DNA of 63,694 bases, counting the filler, from Octopus bimaculoides (Eukaryota), in NCBI RefSeq assembly GCF_001194135.2. It is 10 parts of 10 records of this genome, joined end to end, with 100 filler letters (N's around TTAATTAATTAA, not from the genome) between each part and the next. Parts side by side here need not be neighbours in the genome. Positions count along the whole stretch, not along the records: positions 1 to 3,937 come from NW_026308427.1; positions 4,038 to 8,450 come from NC_068996.1; positions 8,551 to 16,717 come from NC_068991.1; 7 more parts are not named here. One strand, given 5' to 3'. Below, one piece after another: positions 1 to 10,613 of this stretch (its first letter is position 1; every line of letters begins with the position of its first letter). The notes under the pieces were generated by a model. That model did no database searches. It had not been told where the DNA came from and saw nothing but the letters and a program-made list of their open reading frames with translations. A program made the position numbers and the translations under genes.

Positions 1-61
1 ATATATATATATATACATATATGTGTGTGTGTGTGTGTGCGTGTGTGTGTATGTATGTAAA

Positions 62-858
62 ATGAAGATGGCACCAAAGTGGAAGAAGAAAGAATTGGAT
101 CTCCTGTTGCGAGCATGGATGATTGCTAGCAGCAATCCGGCAAACAACATCATCACTGCTGCACTGAAAAACAATGGCTTTTGTAGTACCATTGATCAGA
201 TAGAGCGGAAGAAAAATGAATTCATCCGATCCTATATGCTTATCAGACCACACATTGACAGTCTGGATGTCATAATGGAACACTATTGTGGCAAGGCTGA
301 TAAGGATAGAGAAAAGAAGACAAAATTCAGAAGTCTCTTTGATCCAGTGGTTCCTCAAAAGAACGTATCCCCCACTCCTGCAAACAACCAGGCAGAAAAG
401 GATGGGGGAGCCAAGGAAGCAGCAACCAGAAGCCCCTCTGTGCCAATGGTCCTACAAAGGAATGAAGCCCTCACCCCATTGGACAACCAGAGGAAAAAAA
501 TTCCCACCAGAAGAAAAGGAAGGACAGAACATGAAGAAGGAAAGGGAGAAAAAGGGAAAGGCAAAAATGAAATAACCAGAGCTGAAACCCTAATCCACCA
601 AACAAAAAACAGAAAACCCCATGGAGGATCCAATGCAATCCAAAACCCTAGAGGGGAGAAGAAATTTGTAAGACACTCAAGGACCTGAAATTTTACCTGC
701 AAGGCAAATGTCGACATGGGGAAGATGGCAAAAACTGCCGGTTTGTTCACCCGAGACCCTGCCAAGACTACAGGAGCCTTAAGGAGAAAAACATTCCTGA
801 GAAAAGACAACAATCATCCCCAAGGAAAAAATATAGAAAAGAAGTGCGCTCTTCAGAG
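62..858 (+). mobile_element. ORF1 of a CR1-like non-LTR retrotransposon, frameshifted; Myb/SANT-like N-terminus and CCCH zinc finger
   Basis: ATG at 62 (MKMAPKWKKKELDLLLRAW...TIDQIERKKNEFIRSY). A 1-bp deletion gives TGA at 686-688; the next frame reads (C)KFYLQGKCRHGEDGKNCRFVH. It lies directly upstream of an APE domain and runs into an N gap at 859. Confidence 0.7.
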
Positions 859-1150
859 NNNNNNNNNNNNNNNNNNNNNNNNNNNNNNNNNNNNNNNNNN
901 NNNNNNNNNNNNNNNNNNNNNNNNNNNNNNNNNNNNNNNNNNNNNNNNNNNNNNNNNNNNNNNNNNNNNNNNNNNNNNNNNNNNNNNNNNNNNNNNNNNN
1001 NNNNNNNNNNNNNNNNNNNNNNNNNNNNNNNNNNNNNNNNNNNNNNNNNNNNNNNNNNNNNNNNNNNNNNNNNNNNNNNNNNNNNNNNNNNNNNNNNNNN
1101 NNNNNNNNNNNNNNNNNNNNNNNNNNNNNNNNNNNNNNNNNNNNNNNNNA

Positions 1151-2150
1151 GACCTTGCTGTATGCAATCAAGCCCTATGCATAGCACTTGTGGAAACTTA
1201 CCTCAGCCCTGATATAGAGGATGCAGAAGTACACGTACCAAAATATGCGATACTGCCAACAGACAGAAGGGAAAGGAGCCATGGTGGTGTTGCTATATGC
1301 ATCCATGATGACCTCACACCCCAGGTCTTACTGTCATACTCAAATTCAGTCATATGCAATACATATTGCCCACCAGATGCTCCAAACCACATAGGCAAGT
1401 TTGAAGATTGCCTCACAAGAATTAAAGAAATCCTCATGAATCTGGAACACCACGTGAGCATATTTCTGATGGGTGATTTCAACTTCCCCTACGTCAAATG
1501 GCCCGGAGGCCTCATGCTCTCAGGAATGACTCATTGCAAACAAGCACAGGTGGAGTCCCTGCTCAACCTCACCAATGCTCTATTCATGGAGCAAGTTGTA
1601 CTCAAACCAACTAGGGCAAATAACATTTTGGATCTCTGCTTCATGAACAATATGGACATCATTCATGATGTGAAAGTGACACTGACATTAGTCTTGGATC
1701 ACAAGAATAGAACTATGTATGGGCCAAAAGTAGCCAGAGACATACAGCCTTAAGGAAGCACCCAAAATCTCTCCTATCTGAACTTCCACAAAGCAGACTG
1801 GAAATCGATCCAAAAAGGGATCCTCAAACAGGACTGGCTGAAATGTCTCTCCACACAGACATTGGCATGAAACTAGAATATTTCATACCTGTTGTGCAAA
1901 CCATATGCCAGAAATATGTCCCAGAGCACAAGGCCAAAACAAATAGGAACAAGATTCCAAGGGAGAGGAAGATGTTCATGAGACGACAGACGAAGGTTGC
2001 AAATCGCCTCAACCAACATACTGGCTAGAATGTGGATTTGATTGTCAGACAGGGTAGCGCATTGTGTTCTTGAGTAAAACATCATTTCACATTGCTCCAG
2101 ACTTGAGCTCATCCACTTTGGAATAATAGAATGCATCTAAACAGATATAG
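1151..2150 (+). mobile_element. ORF2 fragment (APE endonuclease and linker) of a CR1-like LINE, decayed
   Basis: Motifs ALVETYL, HGGVAI, LMGDFNFP, PTRANNILDLCF, followed after a frameshift by LNFHKADWKSI. Several stops and shifts; ends next to a SINE. Confidence 0.9.
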
Positions 2151-2160
2151 TCTCTTCCCT

Positions 2161-2547
2161 TACTCTTTTAATCTCTTACTTGTTTCAATCATTTGACTGT
2201 GGCCATGTTGGAGCACCGCCTTTAGTTGAGCAAATCGACCCCAGGACTTATTCTTTGTAAGCCTAGTACTTATTCTATCGGTCTCTTTTGCCGAACCGCT
2301 AAGTTACAGGGACGTAAACACACCAGCATCGGTTGTCAAGTGATGTTGGTGGAGACAAACACACACATACATATATACATATATACGACGGGCTTCTTTC
2401 AGTTTCCGTCTACCAAATCCACTCCCAAGGCTTTGGTTGGCTCAAGGCTATAGTAGAAGACACTTGCCCAAGGTGCTACGCAGTGGGACTGAACCTGGAA
2501 ACGTGGTTGGTAAGCAAGCTACTTACCACACAGCCACTCCTGCGCCT
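2161..2547 (-). mobile_element. Full-length tRNA-derived SINE with internal CA/TA microsatellite
   Basis: Minus strand starts AGGCGCAGGAGTGGCTGTGTGGTAAG (A box) with GGTTCAGTCC (B box). Near-identical copies lie at 16318, 36275, 58670 and 62660. Confidence 0.9.
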
Positions 2548-3229
2548 ATTCTCATAGTGACTGATATTATCAAAGACTTTAGATGTAACTGGTGATAACA
2601 ACTGGTGACAAAGCAGGAGCACTCATATCATCTATAACTTGCAGGATGTGCTTCTAGATCCTTACAACTCCTCATAAAAGAAATTCAGAAGCCATTATCC
2701 TTCTCTACACAAGCTTACAAGTCATCATCATTATTTTGACATCCACTTTTTCATGCTTGTATGGGTAAGATGGAATATGTTGAGGCAGATTTTCTACTAC
2801 CAGATGTCCCCCTTGTTACCAACTGTCAAGTAGTATTTCTCCATGGCCAGACATATTTTCACAGACTAGTGGGTATGGACGACACTGCTTGTATAACAGT
2901 GACACTCATTTACAACTATCATGTGATGTCAAGACATGAAGACACAAACATACACACATATATACATATATGATGGGCTCCTTTAGGTTTCTTTAGTTTC
3001 TGCCTACCAAGTCCAGTCACAAGGTTTTGGTTGGACTGAAGATATATAGAAGGCACTTGCCCACGATGTCCTTGGGACTGAACCTTGAACCACTAGGTTG
3101 AGAAGTAAACTTCTAGACCATATATATCTATCATCACCATCATTGTCTTCCTTTAATATCTGTTTTCTATGCTGGCATAAGTTAGACAGTTAGTAATATT
3201 ATATCCTCTATAAACAATGTCAAATTAAA

Positions 3230-3937
3230 CATTCCCAGGCGAGGAATGTACCCCACAACATAGACTAGTAGTTAGTGACTTCAGGATCAGGGCTAAGTGG
3301 CTGCCCAGAAGATGACCAGTTTGGAGGAGAAGGGTCTGGAAGCTAGAAGATCCTGCGAATGGACAGAGATTTAGAGAAATAGAAGGGGATGTAGCTTCAC
3401 ACAATGTAGACGACAACTGGACATTTCTACAGGACAACCCGCTGTGGGCCACCGACAAGATCTGTGGTTGGTGCAAGATCCCTTCTTGACCGAAAATAAC
3501 GTGGTGGTGGAACAAGGTTGTTGACAGGGCTATTAGAAAAAAGAAACAGGCTTGGAAACACTGGAAAAATGGTGGTAGCAGGGAACTGTGTCAGACAGCC
3601 AGAAGGGAAGCTAGGCGACAGGTTTATTTAGCCAGAGGGGAAGCAGATAAGAAAAAGTTTGCCAATGTTCAGCGCCGTGAGGACCAAAGACTCGAGGTAT
3701 TTCATGTTGCAAGACAGTGTGTCAGAGAGAATCGTGATGTTGTGGGAGAGAAATGTGTTTGCATGGATGATGGTACGCTTGCACTAAATGAGGCTGCAAA
3801 GAAAGTGGTTTGGAGACACCACTACGAAAGATTTCTCAATAAAGAGAATGAATGGGAGTAAGAGAGTCTGCCGAATGTCGACCCAACAAAGGGACCAGCT
3901 ATCCGAGTTGACAGTACCATGGTAGATAAAGCAATTA
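3230..3937 (+). mobile_element. RTE-clade LINE fragment (APE-RT linker)
   Basis: Translates VDDNWTFLQDNPLWATDKICGWCK...TWWWNKVVDRAIRKKKQAWKHWKNGG...WRHHYERFLNKENEW; contains stops; cut by a gap. Confidence 0.85.
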
Positions 3938-3981
3938 NNNNNNNNNNNNNNNNNNNNNNNNNNNNNNNNNNNNNNNNNNNN

Positions 3982-3993
3982 TTAATTAATTAA
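3982..3993. other. Artificial scaffold spacer TTAATTAATTAA; also at 8495, 16762, 23571, 34405, 42796, 55857, 59658, 62606
   Basis: Identical 12-mer with stops in all six frames, always flanked by exactly 44 Ns each side (100 bp total). Confidence 0.97.
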
Positions 3994-4226
3994 NNNNNNN
4001 NNNNNNNNNNNNNNNNNNNNNNNNNNNNNNNNNNNNNAATTACAAAGATATAAAAGAAAGTATTGATTCCTTCAAAGACTTTTTGAAAAATGCTTTAAAA
4101 TGATTTCTTTCCCTTCTTCTCCCCGTTTTCTTTCTTCAGATTTCTTTTCTTCTTATCAATCTTTTATACACTAAGTATTTTATGTCATTTTATTTTCAAA
4201 AACATTCTCTTTATGTATGCACTCAC

Positions 4227-4382
4227 AGATATTTAGAGGTAATAGATTTTGCTTGTTTACAGAAACAAAATCAAAGAACTCAGTACATATCATCTCACCA
4301 TTTAAGGACTGTTTCCTGTACTGACAATGGTTGGGCAATTCAACAGGAACTTGCAAGTCAGAAAAGACTGCACAAAAGTCTA
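4227..4382 (-). CDS. Candidate internal exon of an unknown gene (156 bp, phase 1-1)
   Basis: CCACAG acceptor and GTGAGT donor enclose an open frame VDFCAVFSDLQVPVELPNHCQYRKQSLNGEMICTEFFDFVSVNKQNLLPLNI. No recognisable domain. Confidence 0.3.
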
Positions 4383-4550
4383 CTGTGGCATAATTTCTAT
4401 GGTTGAATACCCTTCTATGGTTGCCTACCACTTTACAGCATGTATTGGGTGCTTGTTACATGGCACAACATAATCATATACATATATATACATACACACA
4501 CACATACATATACACATATTTGTGTGTGTATACATATATACATACATACT

Positions 4551-4583
<33 letters not shown>

Positions 4584-4677
4584 NNNNNNNNNNTCTGTGA
4601 CCTCATCAGTGGTCCTTTGCTTTCTTCTTTCTTATGTGTGGTCCCACCTTGCTAACTATCAGCCATTTTGTATTTTC

Positions 4678-4713
<36 letters not shown>

Positions 4714-5649
4714 CAATATATATATGAATGTTTGTGTGTATACAAAAGAATGAAATGGTACTGGGCAACATACCAAATGATAAACACAAACTCTTCTCAA
4801 ATGTCAGTAACATATATGAATTGTTATTTGCTTCAGTGTTTCCGATATTGCATTATGGGTTCGAAGATATAATAAAAAGCATGACTTGTTATGCTCTTAC
4901 CATAGCCTTCTTATGCTCCTTAACATTTTCTTATAACATGTTATATGATAATGTTTACTGTTGAAAACAAGTTATTTCTTTTAGGCTGGTCAAAGATAAT
5001 CAGAAAAATGAACATAAAGAACTACTGTGTAGCATACAAAAATCAATGAGAGTATTGTTAAATGATACAGTAAATCACTATCTGGGATTGATTACTTGAA
5101 TGGTTGAGACTAAAAAGGTATAAAATGTGTCACTGTAGACGAAGATCAAAAGAAAATGTGGACAGAATATGATTGCTTTAGATATATATTTAAATATTTA
5201 TCTATTATTCAATCGATCAAGTGGTGATATAATCTTCCAGTGTTGCAGTAAGTATTTTTCAAAGTGGCGACATTAAGAGAACATCTCTTAGCAAACATTT
5301 AGCCTGCAGACCCATACATTTTATTCAGTGTTTTTCTTTGATTTTTATGGAAAATGTTTCAATAGTTGACTTAGCTGTTGCTCACATTGATGTTTAGCAC
5401 TTAATCAGTCTTGATTCAATAGACATATGATCTCAAATATTTGGCAGCTGTGACTGTCCCAACTTTGATTTAAATACAATAAGTCTAATATTACATAACC
5501 AAGTGTATCATATAAAAGTTAGTACTACTAACCATTGTTGTTGCTATTGCTGTTTTGTTCCATGTTACTCCAGATTCAACAGATGTATTACACTGTGTAA
5601 CAAAATTTTAATTTTTCTTGTCTTTGGCCAGTAAGTGTTAGTTTCTGTT

Positions 5650-6200
5650 TGCTTCTATCTAAAAATCAAAGAAATCATTACTATTCCCTTCAAACTTTGC
5701 TTTTGTGACCTGGGTATCAACGTTTTGAAACTAATTTATTCTTCATAACATTTTAGACAGATTCACTCTCTGAGTGGTTGGCGTTAGGAAGGGCATCCAG
5801 CTGTAGAAACTCTGCCAAATCAGACTGGAGCCTGGTGTTGCCATCCGGTTTCACCAGTCCTCAGTCAAATCGTCCAACCCATGCTAGCATGGAAAGCGGA
5901 CGTTAAACGATGATGATGATGATGATGATGATGATTCAGCTGCTGAAGCAGAAATATCATTATAGCAAATATTCTGCTCAATACAACAGATTTGTCACTT
6001 GCTTAACCTTAACTACTTGGCTGACAATATGTGCATCTCTGATCATGAGCAGGAACAATGAGGGAACATCATAGCCATGTGTTGAGAGGGATTCCTTGGA
6101 GTTTGAATAAATATAACAAAAGCAAGGTTTGAAGGAACTATAGTCATTTTTCATACTTTCTAGAGGAAAACAAATAAGAAATAGAAGTTGCTACCGAAGG
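5650..6200. repeat. Older interspersed repeat interrupted by the 5766 insertion; uninterrupted copy at about 57310-57700
   Basis: Collinear similarity, e.g. ttttagacagattca...gctgaagcaga...tatagcaaatattctgctcaa...ctctgatcatgagc. Confidence 0.75.
5766..5932 (+). mobile_element. 5'-truncated retroposon tail copy with (GAT)n tail and GATTCA target-site duplication
   Basis: GGTTGGCGTTAGGAAGGGCATCCAGCTG...GACGTTAAACGATGATGAT family (also near 6760 and 14350). GATTCA at 5760-5765 and 5933-5938. Confidence 0.85.
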
Positions 6201-6995
6201 ACAAAATTCATGTTACACAGCATTATCAAAGATGTTCTAACTAACCATCACATCTTTTATTTAGATCTAGTTTATTTCAGGTACATTATATAATACCAAC
6301 CTGTTAGTATTGGTAGCTATACTGCTCCTTCACCTAAGACCCAGAATGGAAGGGGAAAAGCTTCTTACTATACTTTACACTCTGATATATGATGGTAAAC
6401 TTTATGAAGTGTAATGTATTAGTCTCTTACCTTTGCACCTTCTGTCCATACTCACCCCTTATAATATTGGATAGTTCTAGACCCTATTTCCTATGCAATC
6501 CATGCTACCACATCTTTTACCTTATCTCTCTCTTTTTCTTAATCCCTGTCACTAATCACTCCCCTTTCCTGTCATACCCTCCACCCTTCCCATCATCCCT
6601 TCTTACTGTTCCCTTATGCCTCTGCCTAAGATTATGAACCATTGTCTCTTCTATTCTTCTTCAGCCACATGGGCCACAGCTTTGCAGGTTATTAAGTAAT
6701 CATCATCGATACTAATGCCAAGATAAAAAAAAGTACCAAGTACAGTTTGTAAAATGGTTAGCGTTAGGAAGAGTATCCAATCATAGAAACCATGCCAAAG
6801 CATACACTGGATTCAGTGCAGTCTTCCAGCTTGTCAGATCCTCTCGAATCCTCCAATTATCAGCTTGGAAGTCAGACACTGTCAATGACACTGATGACAA
6901 TGGCAAGAATGACGACGACGACAATGATGATGATGAGGAGGAGGATGTGGAGGCGGAGGAGGAGGATGTGGAGGCGGAGGAGGAGGTTGTACTCT

Positions 6996-7056
6996 CTACA
7001 GTCTTGTTTCTGTAGTTCTGAAGTTCTCGATGTTGATGTAGATCACCAGGCCCAAT
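6996..7056 (-). CDS. Candidate terminal coding exon LGLVIYINIENFRTTETRL*
   Basis: TTTACTCTGTCAG acceptor; phase 2; hydrophobic stretch then a class-I PDZ-binding-like ending (ETRL); phase-compatible with a microexon at 7281-7298. Confidence 0.35.
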
Positions 7057-7280
7057 CTGACAGAGTAAACTTAATATGCATGTATAGGTGGACAAATAAC
7101 AAGGTGCAAAAACACACGAATCCATTGTACCAGATATTCCATACCTTAATTTAACCTTTGCAGAAAAATAAACCTTGCTGCATACTCAGACATGCAGTTG
7201 TTAATTGTACAGGGTCGAAGCCTGTCAGTCTAGACAAATATCTGTTTTAATTAAAAACACAAATTGGCTTTGACACTTAC

Positions 7281-7298
7281 ACCAAGCAGGGCAGGTAA
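7281..7298 (-). CDS. Candidate 18-nt microexon (YLPCLV)
   Basis: TTATTTTATGTAG acceptor and GTAAGT donor; symmetric phase 2; 224-bp intron to the 7056 exon. Confidence 0.3.
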
Positions 7299-7602
7299 CT
7301 ACATAAAATAATGTGTTGTATGATTAAGTAAATATGATTACATAGCTTATAATAAGGGTCTTATTTCTTTTTTCGTTTTTTCCTTTTCTTTCTTTTTTGT
7401 TTTGAAGTATAACGGTTAGATCTTCGTTAATGCCACACACTCAACGATTACAAATAAAATCTATTTTGACTTAAACTGATTGAGAAGAGTTGTATACGTT
7501 GACAAGATGCTACAATGCAAGAAATGGTAGCAAGATACTGAGCTATTAAACTTGTAGTCTGTAAGTAAATTATTTAACAGAATTGTCACTGAATGTTCAT
7601 TT

Positions 7603-7665
<63 letters not shown>

Positions 7666-7875
7666 GAGGTAGTGAGCTGGAAGAATCATTAGCATACCAG
7701 ACAAAATACTCAGTGGCTTTTCAACCGTCTTTACATTCTGAGTTCAAATTCCTCTGAGGTGGACTTTGTCTTTCATCCTAAAATAAGCACCAATCAAATA
7801 CTTAGTGTTGATGTAATCAACTAGCCCACTCCACGAAAATGCCTCGTACCTATAGTAGAAAGGATTATTATTATT
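7666..7875 (+). mobile_element. Second tRNA-derived SINE family with (ATT)n flanks; also near 24545 (+), 47860 (-), 49380 (-)
   Basis: GGTAGTGAGCTGG A-box region, GAGTTCAAATTCC B box, CTTTCATCC core and ATTATT tail recur across copies. Confidence 0.75.
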
Positions 7876-8550
7876 ATTATTGTTATTATCATTATTCGTT
7901 TCACTTTTGTACCTTTACTTGTTTCAATCATTTAACTGTGGCTGTGCTGGAGCATTGCCTTAAGGGGTTTTCTCGTCAAAGAGATCAACCCCAGGACTTA
8001 TTCTGTGTAACCCTAGTACTTATTCTATTGGTCTCTTTTACCAAACTGCTAAACACACCAACATTGGTTGTCAAGAGATGGTGGTGGAGGGGGCAGACAC
8101 AAACACAAAGACATACATACATAAATGTGTGTGTGCATATATATATATAATTTGAAGATAAGCAACAAAAATTCAATAGGTTATAGCAGTATGTACGTTT
8201 CGTACAAGCTCCATTTGTTCATGTAGTGAGAACACCACAGAATGTACAATGAAAATGTACTCCTCAGCTGCATAATGGAATTTCATTTTAGAAAGTCATT
8301 TTGAAGATGTTTGCAAAAAACAAGAGTAAGAGAATTAGATTTTAAATTCTTGTTTGATTGGCTTGTCTGTGGAACAGCAGCATAGTCGAGATGGTATGTT
8401 TTCTTCTCTTACTCTTGTTTTTTTGCAAACATCTTCAAAATGACTTTCTANNNNNNNNNNNNNNNNNNNNNNNNNNNNNNNNNNNNNNNNNNNNTTAATT
8501 AATTAANNNNNNNNNNNNNNNNNNNNNNNNNNNNNNNNNNNNNNNNNNNN

Positions 8551-8591
<41 letters not shown>

Positions 8592-8762
8592 ATATATACG
8601 TGAGTCGTCTAAGAGACCAATATCGTGAGAGCGATAGGTATTGCATGAGTATTTGATAGACGGAAACTGAGAAGAAGCCCGCCATATACATACATACATA
8701 CATACATACACACACACACACGCACAAACAAACACACACACACACACACACACATTCCATGT

Positions 8763-8856
8763 CGGCTACCACTGATGAGCGTAGATTTATATGATCGGAT
8801 TGTTACCTAACACTCCGTTGTACTCCTTGCGCGAAACCGATTGGTAACACCAGCCG
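8763..8856 (+). ncRNA. Degenerate type-I hammerhead ribozyme motif inside a SINE microsatellite
   Basis: Stem I CGGCT-ACCA / TGGT-AGCCG; core CTGATGA 8772-8778; stem II GCGTAG/TTGCGC; GAAA 8833-8836. Stem III and cleavage triplet are disrupted (CCGAT). Confidence 0.6.
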
Positions 8857-10241
8857 TGATGGATACATAATACTGTACATTTCGGATAATATATGTATGT
8901 GTGTGTGTGTGTGTGTGTGTGTCCTTACCACCGCCTGACAACCGGTGTTGATGAGTTAACGTCCCCGTTACTTAACAGTTTGGCAAAAGATACCGATAGA
9001 AAAGAAAAAAAAAAGAAGTACCGGGATCGATACATTCGACTAAATATTCTTCCATGCGGTGCCCCAGCACAACCGCAGTCTAATGATTGGATAAAAGATG
9101 TATGTATGTACGTACGTATGCATATTTATGTGTGTGTGTGAGTCTGTTTGCTCCAACTCCACCCCAACCGCTTGATAACTGGTGTTGGTCTGGTTTCGTC
9201 CCCGTATCTAGCGGTTCGGCAAAAGAGGACAATTGAGTAAAGTACCAAGCTTCAAAAAAAGAAAAAAATGTATTGGGGTTCGATTCGTTCGATTAAAAAC
9301 TTTTGAAGGCAATGTCCCAGTCTAAAGACTGAAACAAATAAAAGAAGAGAGAGAGAGAGAGAGAGAGGAATAGATGTTTAAATCAGACGGGTAAATAAGC
9401 ATGCGGATAGACAAATAGATAATAATCAGATATACTCGTATACACATAGACAAACATATAGATAAAGAGACACTTTCATGAAAAAATAAAAAAATAATAA
9501 TGATAATAATAAAATAAATAAACGTTTTTATCTTTCTCCATAGATGTTTTCAACTGATAAAAATCTACTAAACTTATTGTTTTGGCTTTAAATTCCATTT
9601 TACTCTACGTTTTATGTTACTACAGCATTTAAGTTTATTTTGTCTTTGTTTCGGATGATTTTTTTTTATTGACTGTCGTTTCCACACCAAGGTAACTCCT
9701 GTGTGATCCACAAGAAATCACTCCCCACTGTCTTGAAAAAGAGAAGGGCACAGTTTATTTATTTCTAGATACTCTTACGAATACTGGATGCTCTGATCTG
9801 GTTCGCCTCTGATCAGAGGTCTCCTTCGATCTTTTAATATATTCCTCAAATCACACACTGTCTTAAAAGAAAAGAAAAAGAAAAAAAAAATATCAGCGAG
9901 TCAGATCATGAGTTCTAGACACATTATTCTTGAAATTAAATCGTCGTGGTCACGGTTGGAACGTAGGTTTGTTCGATTACAGCTGATCTGAGTTAAATAA
10001 CAAGAGTTGTAGTAATATGAATGACAATAGCAGTAGCAGCAATGGGACTGAATTGACGTAAACAAATGTTTTGATAAAGGAAAAAGACAGGAGAAGGAGG
10101 AGGAGGAGGAGGATAAGAAAATGAGCGAGGGATAAAAGGAAGAATAAAGGGAGAAAGTGAGAGAGAGAGAGAGAGAGAGAGAAAGAAAGTGAGGGTGGTA
10201 GAGAGAGGAAGGGCACAGAAAGAGATGTATTGTTGACATGT

Positions 10242-10271
10242 TATATAAAAGTAGGCTTAAACTAGACAGTT
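10242..10271 (+). promoter_or_regulatory. Putative TATA box and initiator of the phosphatase gene
   Basis: TATATAAAA at 10242-10250 and CAGTT at 10267-10271. A possible 5'UTR intron follows (CTG|GTAAGG at 10449, TTACAG| at 10561). Confidence 0.4.
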
Positions 10272-10613
10272 TTAGTAGAAAATTATGCGGTAAACAACGC
10301 TGTACTTTAAGCGGAAAACAAAACAGAATTATTGGTCGAGCAATTTTAGATTTATTCCAGTTGAATATTAACTAAGAAATACAGAGAGAAGGACAGAGAG
10401 AGAGAGAAAGTGAGAGCGAGACAGGAGAAAACTACAGTTTTCTTCCTGGTAAGGCTCTTTTCTATGTAAATTCCTTTTAGTGCCATTTCTCTAGTCAGTG
10501 GTTATTTTCGAAGTAATTGTAACCTGAAAGGCATATCCTGTGACCACTCTGGCAATTACAGTACTACTATTGCTTATTTGAATATCCCCCAGTTTTCTAC
10601 TTTTCTGTCGAAC

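Noticed and set aside
3982-3993. Recurrent palindrome TTAATTAATTAA as a regulatory or recombination site
   Set aside because: Always centred in exactly 100 bp of N padding; assembly linker.
4901-4957. 57-bp minus-strand exon with good splice sites (KHYHITCYKKMLRSIRRL)
   Set aside because: Only phase 2 is open, and joining it to the 4382 acceptor hits a stop after 8 codons; may be chance.
10578-10613. TTG start giving a 293-aa phosphatase
   Set aside because: Eukaryotic context; the first in-frame ATG at 10614 has A at -3, so 281 aa is preferred.
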